Assembly (NCBI GenBank): GCA_000182565.2
Contig: KQ257452.1
Reading direction: 5' to 3' (one strand)
Source of the DNA: Spizellomyces punctatus DAOM BR117
Taxonomy: Eukaryota
DNA: 52,774 bases
The translations under genes and the position numbers were made by a program. Under the pieces are notes generated by a model that was not told where the DNA came from, did no database searches, and saw only the letters and a list, made by a program, of their open reading frames with translations. Positions 22,952 to 35,645 of the stretch are shown piece by piece. Numbering within the stretch: the stretch's first letter is position 1; every line of letters starts with the position of its first letter.

Positions 22952-23025
22952 CGGGGTGTTCAGGGTAGTTGTGAACCCCCCATATTAAGAACCGTAGCAA
23001 ATACCCCCCTGGAAATTTGATGGAT

Positions 23026-23042
23026 GGGGGGGGGGGGGGGGG
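23026..23042 (+). repeat. G17 homopolymer
   Basis: 17 consecutive G between two convergent genes. Confidence 0.9.
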
Positions 23043-23128
23043 TATATATGCAGATAAATTTTTCATATACAAAATAATTCGGTGAAGAAAGTAGAACCAC
23101 CACAGTACAATCTAAGGTTAGCAACGCT

Positions 23129-25405
23129 TTATCGCCTTTTAGGAAACTCCTCGTCCTCTCCGTCCTCTTGCATTTCAGCCAATGTTACTGCATCTGCGCT
23201 CTTTCTACCGTCATTGTGCCCCACCACGCTGGGATCTAACCCGTACGACGATCGCTTCCACATTTCCATATCATTTTCCTTCTGTCTCATGATCTTTAAT
23301 TCCCACATCAGTAATGCGCATGCGACCATGTTGAACAAGACGGCCAATCCCACAATCGTAACACCGATTCCCAACCTCCCTCTCCATCCGTTCCCCCACT
23401 CCTCCACATTTCGTTTGATAGAGTTATAATAACTTATCAGTGTCGCAAATGCAACAAACCCGCTCAAAAGAGCGACCATGCTGGTCGACGGAGCAACAAC
23501 GTCCGATGTTCCGTTAAGCGACCGAAGCCAAAAGGAAACGATACGGCTGAAGACCGCGATGGCCATGAAAACGCTAGCACCCAGGAGGAGCACAAAGTCA
23601 ATCGCATTCATTTTCTTTGGGTAGGCATCTTGGTTTACCACTGTGGAATTGAAATTGAACGAGGAGAACATGGGGACCTCAGAAGAACATTGGTATGTAT
23701 GTCGTGTGATTCGACAGTAGCCCTGCGCAGAAGTCGTAAATACGGGTCCGTATAGTTATGTGAAAATCCCTGGCGTACCCATAGTCCCAGCCCTAAAGTT
23801 GTGCGGGTATCGGCTGGCTCAGTTTCATTTGCGATTGTCAAAAAATTCACCTCCTTGACAAACAAATCACGATTTCCACCAAAAAGCGCCAGCATATAAA
23901 GGATGAAAGCGGTGGTAGCAAATATAACCGCCAGGATCGAAACAGCTGACACTGGAAGTGGTCGTTTCCGGGATGGCGGCACCATGCCAGTTAGACCCGC
24001 AGCAGCGGCACCAAGGACCGAGGTGTCTAGGTACTCGTTAACAAAAAAGCGAAACCTGGACATTTCGTCAGTTCCGAGGGGAACGTAAGTTGGCATACTT
24101 GATTGTGGTAAGAGACGATGAATCAATCCTGAAGAGAGGTGGAATCGTAAGTCTCGAAGAATCACACGCGTAAATCAACACGCTTTACCGTAAGGACTAA
24201 ATCGTCCTTGGCCAAATAAGAACATTAACCCGGTCAACAATAATATCTGGAAACTTGTTGCGATGCTATTTGGATACAGATAACAAGTTAACGACCAATG
24301 TTGGATAATACCAAAACATATCCATAATTCGATGCAAAAACTCACGATGATAATGTTTGGGACCAAGAAATGGCTTGGTACTCGGTATAGACAGTCGTCC
24401 ATTGTGACGATAGTAGGACTCGTACGACAATTGTATCTGCAGATGGCATTTGAAATTGTCCAACATTTGCAATCTCTGAGAGTCATGCGTAAGATGCTCG
24501 ATCGCTGTGTACACATCCATCACTGCCATCTCACAAACCGTAAAATATCTCGTGCGAACCATTCAAATATTTGTATTCATAAGCTCGAATGCCGTACGTT
24601 GTCTCATAGCCCCAGGAACCCTCTTGGACAAGCGGATTGATATCTCTCGACAGGGCCGCTCTTGCACGAAGGTCCGTAAAGCCATTGAAATTCTCCGGAA
24701 GGGCGGAGACGTTGATGGGTCGCGTTTGACCAAAATCCTGCTCCGTTGTGAGTCTACTGCCAAGGAGGGACATCTGCAATAAAGCTGACGCTGGGGGCCT
24801 TCCATTTGGATCAGTGAAGAGCCTAGATCTATTCAGAGACACGACAAATTGTACTGATGTGGATGATATACCAGCAATCATACATTACTCCGCATAAGAA
24901 AAGAACTTACGGTGTGGCGGTTTCCATTTCCGACCTTCAGGGTCCAGTACATACAGTGTCGAAACATTGGGGAGCGCTTCGGATGGCGCGGTGTTATGGA
25001 CGAAGCTTCGATTCTGAAGCGAGAACCAATTGACTAATGGCTCTCCAAATGTCGACGCTTGATTCGGTCCCAATGCCCGTTCCTTTTGCGAATCAATTAC
25101 GAGAAAAGGTTGCCATAACGGCTGCGCTTGTGCAGCGCGCCGGTTGAAAATATTGGCAACATCTGCTCCATACGGCACAACAAACACGAAGTCTGTGGCA
25201 AACATGAACAGTTTAACCGGATGCCATGAAAAGCGGAAAGGCGGCAACACATACAAGGAAGAGTTGGTATTTCGCTCGACAAAGTAATCGAAACACCCGG
25301 TATTTGCGTGACATGTAGATACAAGCAGAAACCCGAGTAGATAATGAAAGTTGCGAGAATGATGGGAACGAGGACATATTTGGCCGTTGTCACTGTAAGC
25401 GCCAT
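23129..25405 (-). CDS. Membrane protein: N-terminal 2-TM large-loop domain continuing in frame into a Sur7/PalI (claudin-like) 4-TM domain
   Basis: TM1 after MALTVTT, then a loop, TM2 ending LFGQGRFSPY|GLIH...FFVNEYLD. No stop precedes ILAVIFATTAFILYMLALFGG...GLW|GYC...C and three more TMs. It could instead be two genes, with a second start near 23985. Confidence 0.6.
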
Positions 25406-25785
25406 GTTGAAGCGATAAATCTCAAAGGTAATGAACTGGGCGTCAACGACCCAGAACAAGAGGACGTCAAGAAGAAGGCAGGATGAGAAGAACTTTCCTC
25501 GCCGCTCTCCTGAGGAATCCAGCTGGTGGCAATGGCTGTGCAGATCGCTTGGATGTGTAATTAATCTCAATATGGCAAGTTTCTGTGGGGTAGGTCACGA
25601 TGAGTAAAGGCCTCAAGTTGACATTCCGTCGACGTCTTCGTCACCGCCAATCTATAGGTTTTTCGCTCCTGACTCTGGCTGACCCGTGTGACTCCTTCTC
25701 GGCTCCACGCCTTCGGCGCAATTGCTCTCCACCCCCAAACTCCCCTCCTGCTACAGAAACGTCGTCGCGTCAACTTTTCACAGTG

Positions 25786-28700
25786 ATGGACTCGTTAGAC
25801 GACAGCAGCAATGCCGACGAGCAGGCGCAATCCCTACTGGGAAGGACCGCTCCTCGGCGCAGAAATTTCTGTCCCCATATGCTAACGCAACCACGACATC
25901 GGATTTGGGGCTCTATTGCTGCTTTATTAATTGCCGTTCCCGTCGTCGCCGCGCTATATCTTACATTCTTTGGGATAACGGGCACCTTGGTAGGCCAGCT
26001 AGTCACTCAATGTTACACTACTTTCCCAGGCCGATGCTCACATACGCTGTTAGACATCAGAACTACCCTGCAATACTCATGACTGTGTAATCACCGCCGG
26101 GCGGATATTGCAAAATATGAATTTTTCAGTAGATCCTTGTGAGGTATAGAGCGTGATCAATTTAACACTTAAACGGCATATACATGACAAGACTTCTACG
26201 ATACTTTTCAAACCAGGACTTCTACGAATTCAGCTGCGGTGCGTGAGTTAGATTCGATAGCATGTCGCGAGCTCCCGAGAAGCTAATCATCTCCTTATTT
26301 GTACTGGAAGGCGGCTGGATTCAAGAACATCCTATTCCTGACGACAAGTCACAGGTCGGGACTTTTGATACACTTGTCGAGAAAAATTTGAGAATTCTGA
26401 AAGATGCGTTTGAGAGCCCGTACGCTCCTGACTCCACCCTGCCACCAGAAGAAGAGACGTTTAACCGCCAGAACTTTGACAAAGTTCAGCATCTTTATCT
26501 CAGCTGTATTGTAAGCCAGGGTTTTGCTTCACAACAAGTATGCCTCTTTCATCTGACCCACCCGTGGTATCAGAATGAAACACAGATCGAAGGCGAAGGA
26601 AAGGAGCCAATAGTTGCAACACTGAAGAAAGTGGTCAAGGATTTTCCGTTGGGGATTGATAACAAATTGGATGCTCATAAAACTATTCTTGCGATAGCAG
26701 CAGCGCATGACGTTAACGCTGCTGCACTGTTTGGGATGTCTGTGGGACAAGACGACAAGGACCCCGACCACAACGTGATCATGTTCGCACAGAGTGGACT
26801 CTCTCTGCCAAGCAAAGAGTCAGTTCTGCAAGCTTCTAACTGTATGCTTACGGGCTCCTGACATCATCTTTGGCATTTTATCACTTCTAGGTATTATGAC
26901 AATGCCCAGTACATAAAAACGCTAACGGATGCTATAGCCAAGTCTTTTTCTTTCATTCTGCCTGATGTGACTCCCGATAACACAGTCGATTGGGAGAGTT
27001 TGGCCAAGGGCGTTGTCAATGTCGAATCAGAACTGGCAAAGATATCGTTACCGAGGTACCTTTCTGAGATCGAGGTTCCGGTTCCGCATCTGCGATTAAC
27101 ATCTGTTACCCATTTCCCCCAGCTCTGAACTTACCGATCCTAGCAAGCTGTATAATGCGTATACCATCCCGACATTGAAAGCGAAGAGTCCGTTTATTCC
27201 ATGGGACTCGTACCTCCTCGCGAGGTTTCCACCAAGTCATTTCTCCGACGTTATTAATGATTCGACCAGGCTTATTGTCACCGTACCCACGTTCTTCGGA
27301 AATCTGTCGTCCACTCTGTCCAACATCAGTCCCCAAGATATGCAAAACTATATATTATGGTAGATAAGGCTCCTTCGAAGTTTTTGCCGCTGATGATTTA
27401 GGCAGTCTCACGTTATTTGCCCACACAGGCATTATATCTACAATTACGCAGATCATACTGCCAAATCTCTTAAAGATCTATTGAATGAGCTGAAGGAGAA
27501 AACGGGCCAAAAAGCAAAGCTGGAACCTCCGCGCTGGAGGACCTGTCTTGGGAGAACAGATGCCTTTCTTGGAGAGGTAGCAGGTCGCTGGTTCGTGACT
27601 CGTGTTTTTGGGGGTAAGCACAGTGCAGAAATTACATGGATACCCTCAGTGGCAGTTCTCAAATCAAATGTTAGGGGACAGTAAGAAGGCTGCTTCCTCT
27701 ACCGTGGAGTATATTAGGCAAGCTTTTGTCCAGCGCTTGCCGCGAATTGATTGGCTCGATAAGATTACGCGAGAGCGAGCGATTGAAAAAGCAAATTCTC
27801 TCATCAAGAAGATTGGTTATGCGAACATTGTTATGCAGCCGAAAGCGCTCGCCGAAAAGTATCGGGATGCTGCCGTCTATCCTGACAAGTATTTCGAAAA
27901 TATCTTGTCCGTTACGAAATGGCACATTCATGAAAACTTGAAAGATATCATCAAGCCCGTGGATCGAGCCAGATGGGAAATGACTCCAGCAACCGTCAAT
28001 GCTGTATGTCTACTTCGTCATTCGTCTAGGCCCGAGAAGCATATTGATATACCTCATTCACTGATAGTATTACAACCCAACCATGAATGAAATTGTATTT
28101 CCGGCAGGTGAGTTTGAGCGTACCTTTCTTGATTTGTAAAACGATTGCTGAAATGCGGATAGGAATACTTCAACCTCCGTTTTATAGTATTAAGGATCCG
28201 CAATATCTTAACTATGGTGCTATCGGAATGGTTGTCGGCCATGAACTTACACACGCATTTGATAATATGGGCCGACAATATGATTCTCATGGCCGCTTAG
28301 TGGATTGGTGGACAAACGCGACGCAAAGAGAATTTTCTAAACGGGCGGGATGTTTTATTGAGCAGTATAGCCAATATACTGTCCTGGATCCCGATGGAAA
28401 GCCACAGCCAATTGACGGGTAAGAAGTCGCGCTTAAGCTTGGTGACCTAGCATTTACTTGAAGGACACTGCACCAGAACATTGACACTGGGCGAGAACCT
28501 AGCTGACAACGGCGGGGCTACCCGTGCCCTGGAGGCTTGGAGAATGGATTTGGAAGCGCCTGGTGGAGCGCAGAGGAACCCGATGCTACCTGGATTTGAT
28601 GGCTTCAGCAAGGAGCAAATCTTCTACATTTCTTTTGCCCAAGTGAGTCTTGACACTTTATTAAACTCGGTCTTTATCGACTAATGTGCCTGTGTGTGCC

Positions 28701-28954
28701 TCGTCTGAAACTAGGTCTGGTGCGGCAATACACGACCTGAACTGGCGCTCCGGAGGGTATGTTCGCTGAAGACCTTACCGCATGTATAGCCTATTAACTC
28801 ACTACTGTCCTAATTGCAGCTACGAACTGACCCCCATTCCCCTAATAAGTACCGAGTGATCGGTGCGCTGGTTAACTCTGTGGAATTTGCGCAGGTGTAC
28901 AGTTGCCCAGTGGGTTCCGCAATGAATCCTGAGAAGAAGTGCTTAATTTGGTAA
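25786..28954 (+). CDS. Neprilysin/endothelin-converting enzyme (peptidase M13)
   Basis: N-terminal TM, VDPCEDFYEFSCGGW, VNAYY, zinc motif GHELTHAFD, GENLADNGG, LRTDPHSP and C-terminal KCLIW-stop. Confidence 0.96.
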
Positions 28955-29693
28955 AACAAGAATTGACGAACACACATTTATTTCCCAACTGTCGTTTGTG
29001 ATCTGCTGCAATCAAACAATAGCATTTGCGGTCCAAAGCCACCATTAGGATTTTGTCTACGAACCGGCCCTATTCCCAGGCCGAGAACCTGGCATGGGCA
29101 GTGGACGCGGTACGTGAACTCAACATGGAATGGCACTTACACTCCTCCTTGAGACAGCCCACGGATGAACATTTTGTAGTAGGACGGGTCGAAAGTGGAT
29201 GATTTCAGGGATGAGCTGGACGTTGTGGACGAGATAGCTCGGGGGAGCCAGTCCGTCGGTTTTTCCAACGTGGGGAGATAGATACATTCATCGGGCGAAG
29301 CGAGTTCGATTTAGGTAGACAGTTGAGATGCCATGAATTTGGTTGGGATCAACTTCTCATGGGACAAGAGTCCCAGCATGAGGGAGACCTGGTATCGCCG
29401 GGTACAAGCGTTAGTTCCGTAGGTAGCTGTGTATAAACTGTGGTTGTGACGACTGGGAACACCCGCCGAAACCTAATGTGGCGATCGTGTTGTCGATGCC
29501 TTTGGATGTACAGTACGCTTGAGGCGGCCATTTCATTGGAAGCTACCAACGCGTTGTATGCGCGGTTTTCGCCCTTTTTGGTGATGACTCAATTTTGGCC
29601 ACGACGATACGGTGCTGGAGCCCATGTCCTCGCGGAGTAGACGGTCGTCCATTTTTCACTGGAATTCCAAAGCGAAGTACTAAAGAAAAGAGA

Positions 29694-31745
29694 ATGTTGC
29701 GGAACGTTGGCCGTCCAGGGACGTCCCGTTTCTTGTTCCCAATGCGAACGATTCCCGAAGCCTTAGAGCCTTCCCTAAGGCGATGTGCTTCACAACGACG
29801 GCAACCAACAGTGTACCTCCATATACCACACGTACGTTCGCACACCAGTACTTCGACTGCACTCTCAAACTCTCAGAACTGCTGGTCGGACCGGTTTCAC
29901 ACAGTTGCTGGTGATAGACGGACACATCGGTGTGGTGATATCCGTTTGTCCGATGTGGGCAAGGAGGTTGTGTTGTGCGGATGGGCGCTTTCACCCAGAA
30001 AGATTGGGTCGGATATTGCCTTTCTGCCCATCCGTGATGCATCTGGCGTGGCACAATTGGTGCATGAGATGCCGGGTGCAATCTCACAAGCAGATACGAC
30101 TTTACGGGAATTGCTCTTGTCTCTGTCGCCAGAAACAATAGTATGCGCTACTGGGCTGGTACGCAAACGACCGGTGGATGCGGTCAATTCTGATCAATCC
30201 ACTGGGGAGGTGGAGGTACTCTTGAGGTCCTTCCAAGTTTTGAATCCAGCAGACCCACTTCCATTTTCTACCTCTGCACGCGCAAAGCCTCCCACTGAGG
30301 AAACTAGGCTAAGATATCGGTATGTCGACCTGCGTAGGCCAGCTTTACAGGAGAATATTCGAAAGCGGTCCAAAGCAGCGCACGTGGTTCGGAATTTTCT
30401 CCACAATCAAGGGTTTGTCGAAGTGGAAACTCCATATCTATTCAAAAGCACACCAGAAGGAGCTCGGGAGTTTCTCGTCCCGACCAGAAATAAAGGACAA
30501 TTCTATGCACTTCCTCAAAGTCCACAACAGTACAAACAAGTGCTTATGTCCGGTGCAGTAGACAAATACTATCAGATCGCTCGATGCTTTCGTGATGAAG
30601 CGTTGGGGGCAGATCGACAGCCAGAATTCACACAAATCGATTTGGAGATGTCCTTTGTATCTATGGAGGATATCATGGAGTTAATGGAAGGGTTGGTCTC
30701 CGAGTTGTGGGCAAAGGTGGCGAATCATAAAGTTACCATACCTTTGCAAAAGATGTCATACGAGGAGGCTATGAAGAAGTATGGATCCGATAAACCAGAT
30801 ACTAGGTATGATATGGAGATTCTCGACTTGACGCCTCTATTGGGGAATGTAGAACAGGGGATGATGGTCGAAGCGTTCAATGTGAAAGACGGTGCACGCA
30901 TGATCAGTAACAAGCAAGCGGATCGCCTAAAGGACGCGATTCAGAAAGAGAAATTCCCCCTTCTTGGGGGCACTATTGATCCCCGCGATTTGTCCTTCGT
31001 TCGTATATCGGAAACAGGTGAAAAGGACTGGCTTATGCGGTCCAAGATTGTCGGCAGTACACCACCTGATGCGTTGACCAACATCAATCAGTCCTTGGGT
31101 GTGCAACCTGGGGATCTCATCGTGGTGAATCGACGGAGGGCCGGATATCTTGGCCCTCACACCATTGTTGGGCGGGCCCGTGTGCATGTTGCTAAAACGC
31201 TGGTTTCGTTAGGAAAGTTGGAGCTAGCTGGAAAGCTCAACTTTCTCTGGGTTCATTCTTTTCCGTTGTTTTCTCCCTCCGAAACCCTTTCTACTCCGTC
31301 TGGACGTACGGCCTACGAGTCTACTCATCATCCCTTCACTGCACCCATGTCATCTGATCTCCATCTGCTGCAGAATGATGTAGCCGCGGTGCGTGGCCAA
31401 CATTATGATCTTGTTCTCAATGGGCAAGAAATCGGCGGCGGTTCCATTCGTGTTCATGACCCTCGCCTCCAGTATTATATCTTTTCTGAAGTTCTTCGCA
31501 TTCCTCCTTCCAAAATTGCACAAGATTTTGGGCATTTACTGGATGCTTTACGTTACGGGTGTCCGCCGCACGGCGGGATTGCGCTTGGGTTTGACAGGTT
31601 AATGGCGATTGTGTGTGACGCACCCAGTATCAGAGACGTAATCGCATTCCCAAAACTGTCCGGAGGAGATTTGTTTGTGGACAGCCCTTCATCAGTGGCC
31701 GCTGATTCTCTAAAGGAATATCATTTGAAGGTTCTGGATGGCTAA
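29694..31745 (+). CDS. MSD1: Mitochondrial aspartyl-tRNA synthetase (intronless)
   Basis: Bacterial-type AspRS motifs RTHRCG, STPEGAREF, LPQSPQQYKQ, RCFRDE and PPHGGIALGFDRL. Arg/Ser-rich presequence from the ATG at 29694. Confidence 0.96.
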   Translation: MLRNVGRPGTSRFLFPMRTIPEALEPSLRRCASQRRQPTVYLHIPHVRSHTSTSTALSNSQNCWSDRFHTVAGDRRTHRCGDIRLSDVGKEVVLCGWALSPRKIGSDIAFLPIRDASGVAQLVHEMPGAISQADTTLRELLLSLSPETIVCATGLVRKRPVDAVNSDQSTGEVEVLLRSFQVLNPADPLPFSTSARAKPPTEETRLRYRYVDLRRPALQENIRKRSKAAHVVRNFLHNQGFVEVETPYLFKSTPEGAREFLVPTRNKGQFYALPQSPQQYKQVLMSGAVDKYYQIARCFRDEALGADRQPEFTQIDLEMSFVSMEDIMELMEGLVSELWAKVANHKVTIPLQKMSYEEAMKKYGSDKPDTRYDMEILDLTPLLGNVEQGMMVEAFNVKDGARMISNKQADRLKDAIQKEKFPLLGGTIDPRDLSFVRISETGEKDWLMRSKIVGSTPPDALTNINQSLGVQPGDLIVVNRRRAGYLGPHTIVGRARVHVAKTLVSLGKLELAGKLNFLWVHSFPLFSPSETLSTPSGRTAYESTHHPFTAPMSSDLHLLQNDVAAVRGQHYDLVLNGQEIGGGSIRVHDPRLQYYIFSEVLRIPPSKIAQDFGHLLDALRYGCPPHGGIALGFDRLMAIVCDAPSIRDVIAFPKLSGGDLFVDSPSSVAADSLKEYHLKVLDG

Positions 31746-31954
31746 AAGCATGGGTAGATAGATAGACTAGATAATTTATTCATATTTATGGCACAGATAG
31801 GGGTAGCTAAGGACAGCAGTGGCGGGCGACATGCTTAATACGCGGAATAATCATTCACCATTCACTGTTTAGCTATGAAGGAATCCTCCCAGTGCAAAAT
31901 GGGTGTTGTTTACGCACAACTTTTGCCCCTTCTTCGTGATCTCGACGTAGGGAC

Positions 31955-34900
31955 TACCCAGGTGCTTCCCTAATTTTGGAGTACACAGCCAGTTGTTCTT
32001 CAGCGACAATGCATCGAGTCAAAAGGCGAGACCGTTCATCCTCGAGCATGAACAGCGAACCGCGCAGCTGTGGCGGGACTGTCAAGTTATTCCCTTCAGC
32101 AGGTGTAGAAACAATATATCCTCACCTGTCTGGCCACATCCTTCGAGTCAAACCGAGCGGTGAAACATCATTGGATGGGTAACGATTGCAGAATACTGTT
32201 AGAACATATTGCCAAAAGCGGGCTTCGTCATGCACGGTACCTGTGAGCCATTCTTGGTAACTGTACTTGCACCTTTGAGCACCTGTTGAGAGACCGTCAC
32301 TAATTGCATTGTTGTGTCGTCTGCTGAAAAAGAAACACGCACCTTCATTTCCTCCCGACCTAAAAGCAGCTCTTTCATCAAATGCTCTTCTCTGATTATG
32401 TAGGTGCGAAGTATCTCATCGAGAAATCGTTTTACCAGAGCATTAAGAGAGGTCACCCAGCTGGGACTAGCAGAATCGTTGTCCGAGAGAGCTACGAGAC
32501 TCTGATTGACTAAAATTGTTGTAAGCTTTTGGGCTCAATAGTTCGATGCTCACGGATGCATTACGTTCATCCAGAATGGTACGATATGCATTCATCACAG
32601 TTTGTTGCTATTTCATATGTTTCAATAAATAAGCGAATCAAGAAAATCTCTACTGAGCATTTCGGTCGCACCTGGTTTCTCAAGTCTTCGATGATTTCAT
32701 CCTTTTTGGCGAGCTGGACCCAAGCGAACGCATTTTGTTCCCCCACGTACTTCACTTTTCTTTCAAATGCCAGCATTTCCGCCTGGAGATTTCCAATTTG
32801 ACTGGCATATGTATCCAGAAGAGTTCCGGTAGCGTTTCCCTGGTCCGCTTTGGTTGTGACAGCGGCTGCCTTTGTGGAGGAAACACATGACTCTCACATT
32901 CGGATGACGAGTTCAGATCGGCACCACTGACCAGCGACTTTGGTGTGCATCCTAGTTGCGATCTCATTTTGCTCAACAAGTCCCTCGTCTCATTATATTG
33001 GTCCCTGTATGTGAGAAAGATGCGATCAGTTTTGTGCTCGTACAATGGAAAGATGTTGCACGGTACCGCAGCTTTCTAGCTTGCCCGTCGGTTTCCTGTC
33101 GGTCACGCTGTTCTTTCTCGTAGAGAGTTTGGAGAAAATCATTGCTAGACCGTGTTGGTCAGCGGAGAAGAAGCTGGTGACGTTAAAGCTACCTACTGCT
33201 TCTTGAGCTTTTGAGTTTCAGCTATATGCTCTTTACTCGTCCTCTGGAGCGATGCCTGTATGCAGAGTGTTAAGGTACGAGCTGATATATGCTTTTAAAA
33301 TGACTTACGTTTTCGTTTTTTAAGCTAACCACTTCGAGACTTAAATCAGTAACCTCCCGACACAAAGTCTCGTTTACTTCTGCTGCACCCTGGAGGGAGC
33401 TTTGCAGCGTGATGGCCTTCCGGAAGAGGACAGTAAGGAATAAATTGCAAGATGTGGAGCGGCGACCAGATGTTTGTACCTGCTGTCTATCAAATTGCAG
33501 CTTATTTAGAGAGTTCTCCAACAGCAATTTGCTTTGTGCTGCGGCTTCCAGGCTATCTTTCAGTTTTTCATTTTCCTGCTGCATCTGTTCATTGGCATGT
33601 CGAAGCTAATCGTGTAATATAAGGCAAAACCATTTGGTTATCAGCTTAATCATAGTGTCTAAGTGCGAGGATTACCGATTCAATTTCCTCCAACATTTTG
33701 CTGCAATGATCGTCAATATCCTGCCTTTCCTTTTTCAAACTCAGGCGCCCCTGTTCACTCTTTGTCAAGCTAGTCTGAAGATCATCTCTCAGTGCGGCTA
33801 GGTCCCTCAATCTTGAACCAACTCAGCAGCCGGCCTTATATCATCCGCGTGTCGTATATTGGAACCTACCGCTTATTTGTCATGTCGAGCCTTTCTTGAA
33901 GAGTGCCGACATCATGTCTCAGAGCACTGTTATCTAGCACCAATTTCCTAGGATCTGTATTCCCAGCAGTCTCGCGGTCCTCAGACGTCAAGTAAAGCGA
34001 TCGTCGCGCTTGATTCTGAAGGCATCCATCCTAAGAACAACTGCTTGCAACTCATTCGCTTAAGGTCCATACCCAGATCCTGAGGTAATTAGCACGTAGG
34101 TTTTCGTCATTGCGAACAGGATAGGTCACAATGTTTCTGAGCATTCCACTCATCTCCAAGATTGCCAAATTTAGGTTCACGTCATGATCTGGATTCAACG
34201 CGAGTAAGAAGGACGAGATGCAGTTTCCTCCGATCTCATCATACAGAAGCTGCGTGGCTATGGACTGTTCGAAGTCGCAACGGTCCCGCTAATATGATAC
34301 CGGTTAGGTCTTCAAATATTTACTCTCGCGCAATACTGTACAGACCTTGTTATAGCTGCACGCTTTCAGAGCATTCCAGGTGGAGATGATTGGCTGGCTT
34401 ATGAAGGGACCTTAAGCCGCTGATATATTAGTCCACTTACTGACAAACTCGCATCGAGAAGGATAACCGACCATATTTTATTCTGAGTTTTGCAGGATCC
34501 TCTAGAAGATTTTCTACACCGCATAGTTCAACAACTGTAAATTTGGAGTGTATGGTACCAGAACGGATCTTTTGAAGAGGCTCATCATCGACAATATCGT
34601 TTAAAAAAATCGCGTGGCTGCACAAACCTCAGTGTCAATACTGCCATTTCTTTGTTTGCACTGAAGTTGAAACTGGCAGACCAGGATTGACGTTTGTTCC
34701 ACGGCATTGACCTCTTGCCTAAAGCTGCTTGCTAGGGCCTATGTAAAGCATTTTAGCTTTCTTTGCAGTTAGATTCAGGATCAAATGTCATGCCTTCTTG
34801 ATAAGCCCAACGCACGTCCATGGATCATCCACTCGAATCAAGGCGACATTGTCCGGTGCCAGACCCTCGTTCCGTTCAGGCTGAAGCAAATCACGGACAC

Positions 34901-35493
34901 TTTCACCTGCTATCTCGTAGAGCGTATGCGCTTGTTATGGAATAAACAGTGGCAAGGTTGCTAGCAAAATCGCGCAAAGGATATTTTAATTTGACCGATT
35001 GATTTTCCCTGTCACCTTCGTCAGTTTGTGGCACGGAAGAAATACTGTGAACAAGCATTGAAAGGATTCCTGCGCTGTCTACAATTCTATATAAGCCAGT
35101 TATCCTATAATGAGTTCGTCCAGAGGCACTATAAACACCATTTGAACCATCGGACAATAGCCGCTTTCCGCTGCCGCTAACACAGGTTGTCAACAATGAG
35201 ACATTGAAGCCGTCGAGAAATTTCCTGACTAGAGGCTTCATCACAATATCGAACAGCATGTCATTCGAATCATTTTCAGATTCGACTATCCCGTCAAAAT
35301 CGAAAGATCTTAGTCTGCGTCAGCGATTTGGAGATACTTCCGCCTCTTTCCACGAGATTTCTATTCACCTCTTTGAGCCTTTTGCCGCTAAAGGGCGAAC
35401 ATAAAGTCGCCGTCCGTCAGCCACGCATTGGAGTGCTGGAGACGAGTTCTGATATCTCTCCAGCTGGAGAAAAACCTTAGTTGAAATGCCCAT
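31955..35493 (-). CDS. Coiled-coil protein with degenerate kinesin-like N-terminus, CCDC78-like C-terminus
   Basis: N-terminus TKVFLQLE...FDFDGIV...KPLVRKFLDGFNVSLLTTCVSGSGK...FTVVELCG. Long coiled coil. C-terminal RFLDEILRTYIIREEHL and LEDERSRLLTRCIVAEEQL. Exon structure is approximate. Confidence 0.6.
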
Positions 35494-35645
35494 AGTCGAA
35501 GATGGTAGGATTGCACGGAGGGCATGCAAACCCATTTGTGAACGTAAGCACGGTCTGCGCCACGAATTCATAACCGTGGGGCGCAGCCGCTGTGCCAACT
35601 ATGAAACGCGCTTGGGCTTCCTTCCTTACCACCGAACCCGCAGCA

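Noticed and set aside
23026-23042. G17 run as a functional G-quadruplex or terminator
   Set aside because: It is an isolated homopolymer of assembly-sensitive length with no supporting context.
29040-29640. Possible small minus-strand gene between neprilysin and AspRS
   Set aside because: I could not assemble a convincing start, exon chain or motif.
29595-29693. N-terminal extension of AspRS in the ORF track
   Set aside because: It begins at TTG. The first in-frame ATG is 29694 and is followed by a presequence-like stretch.
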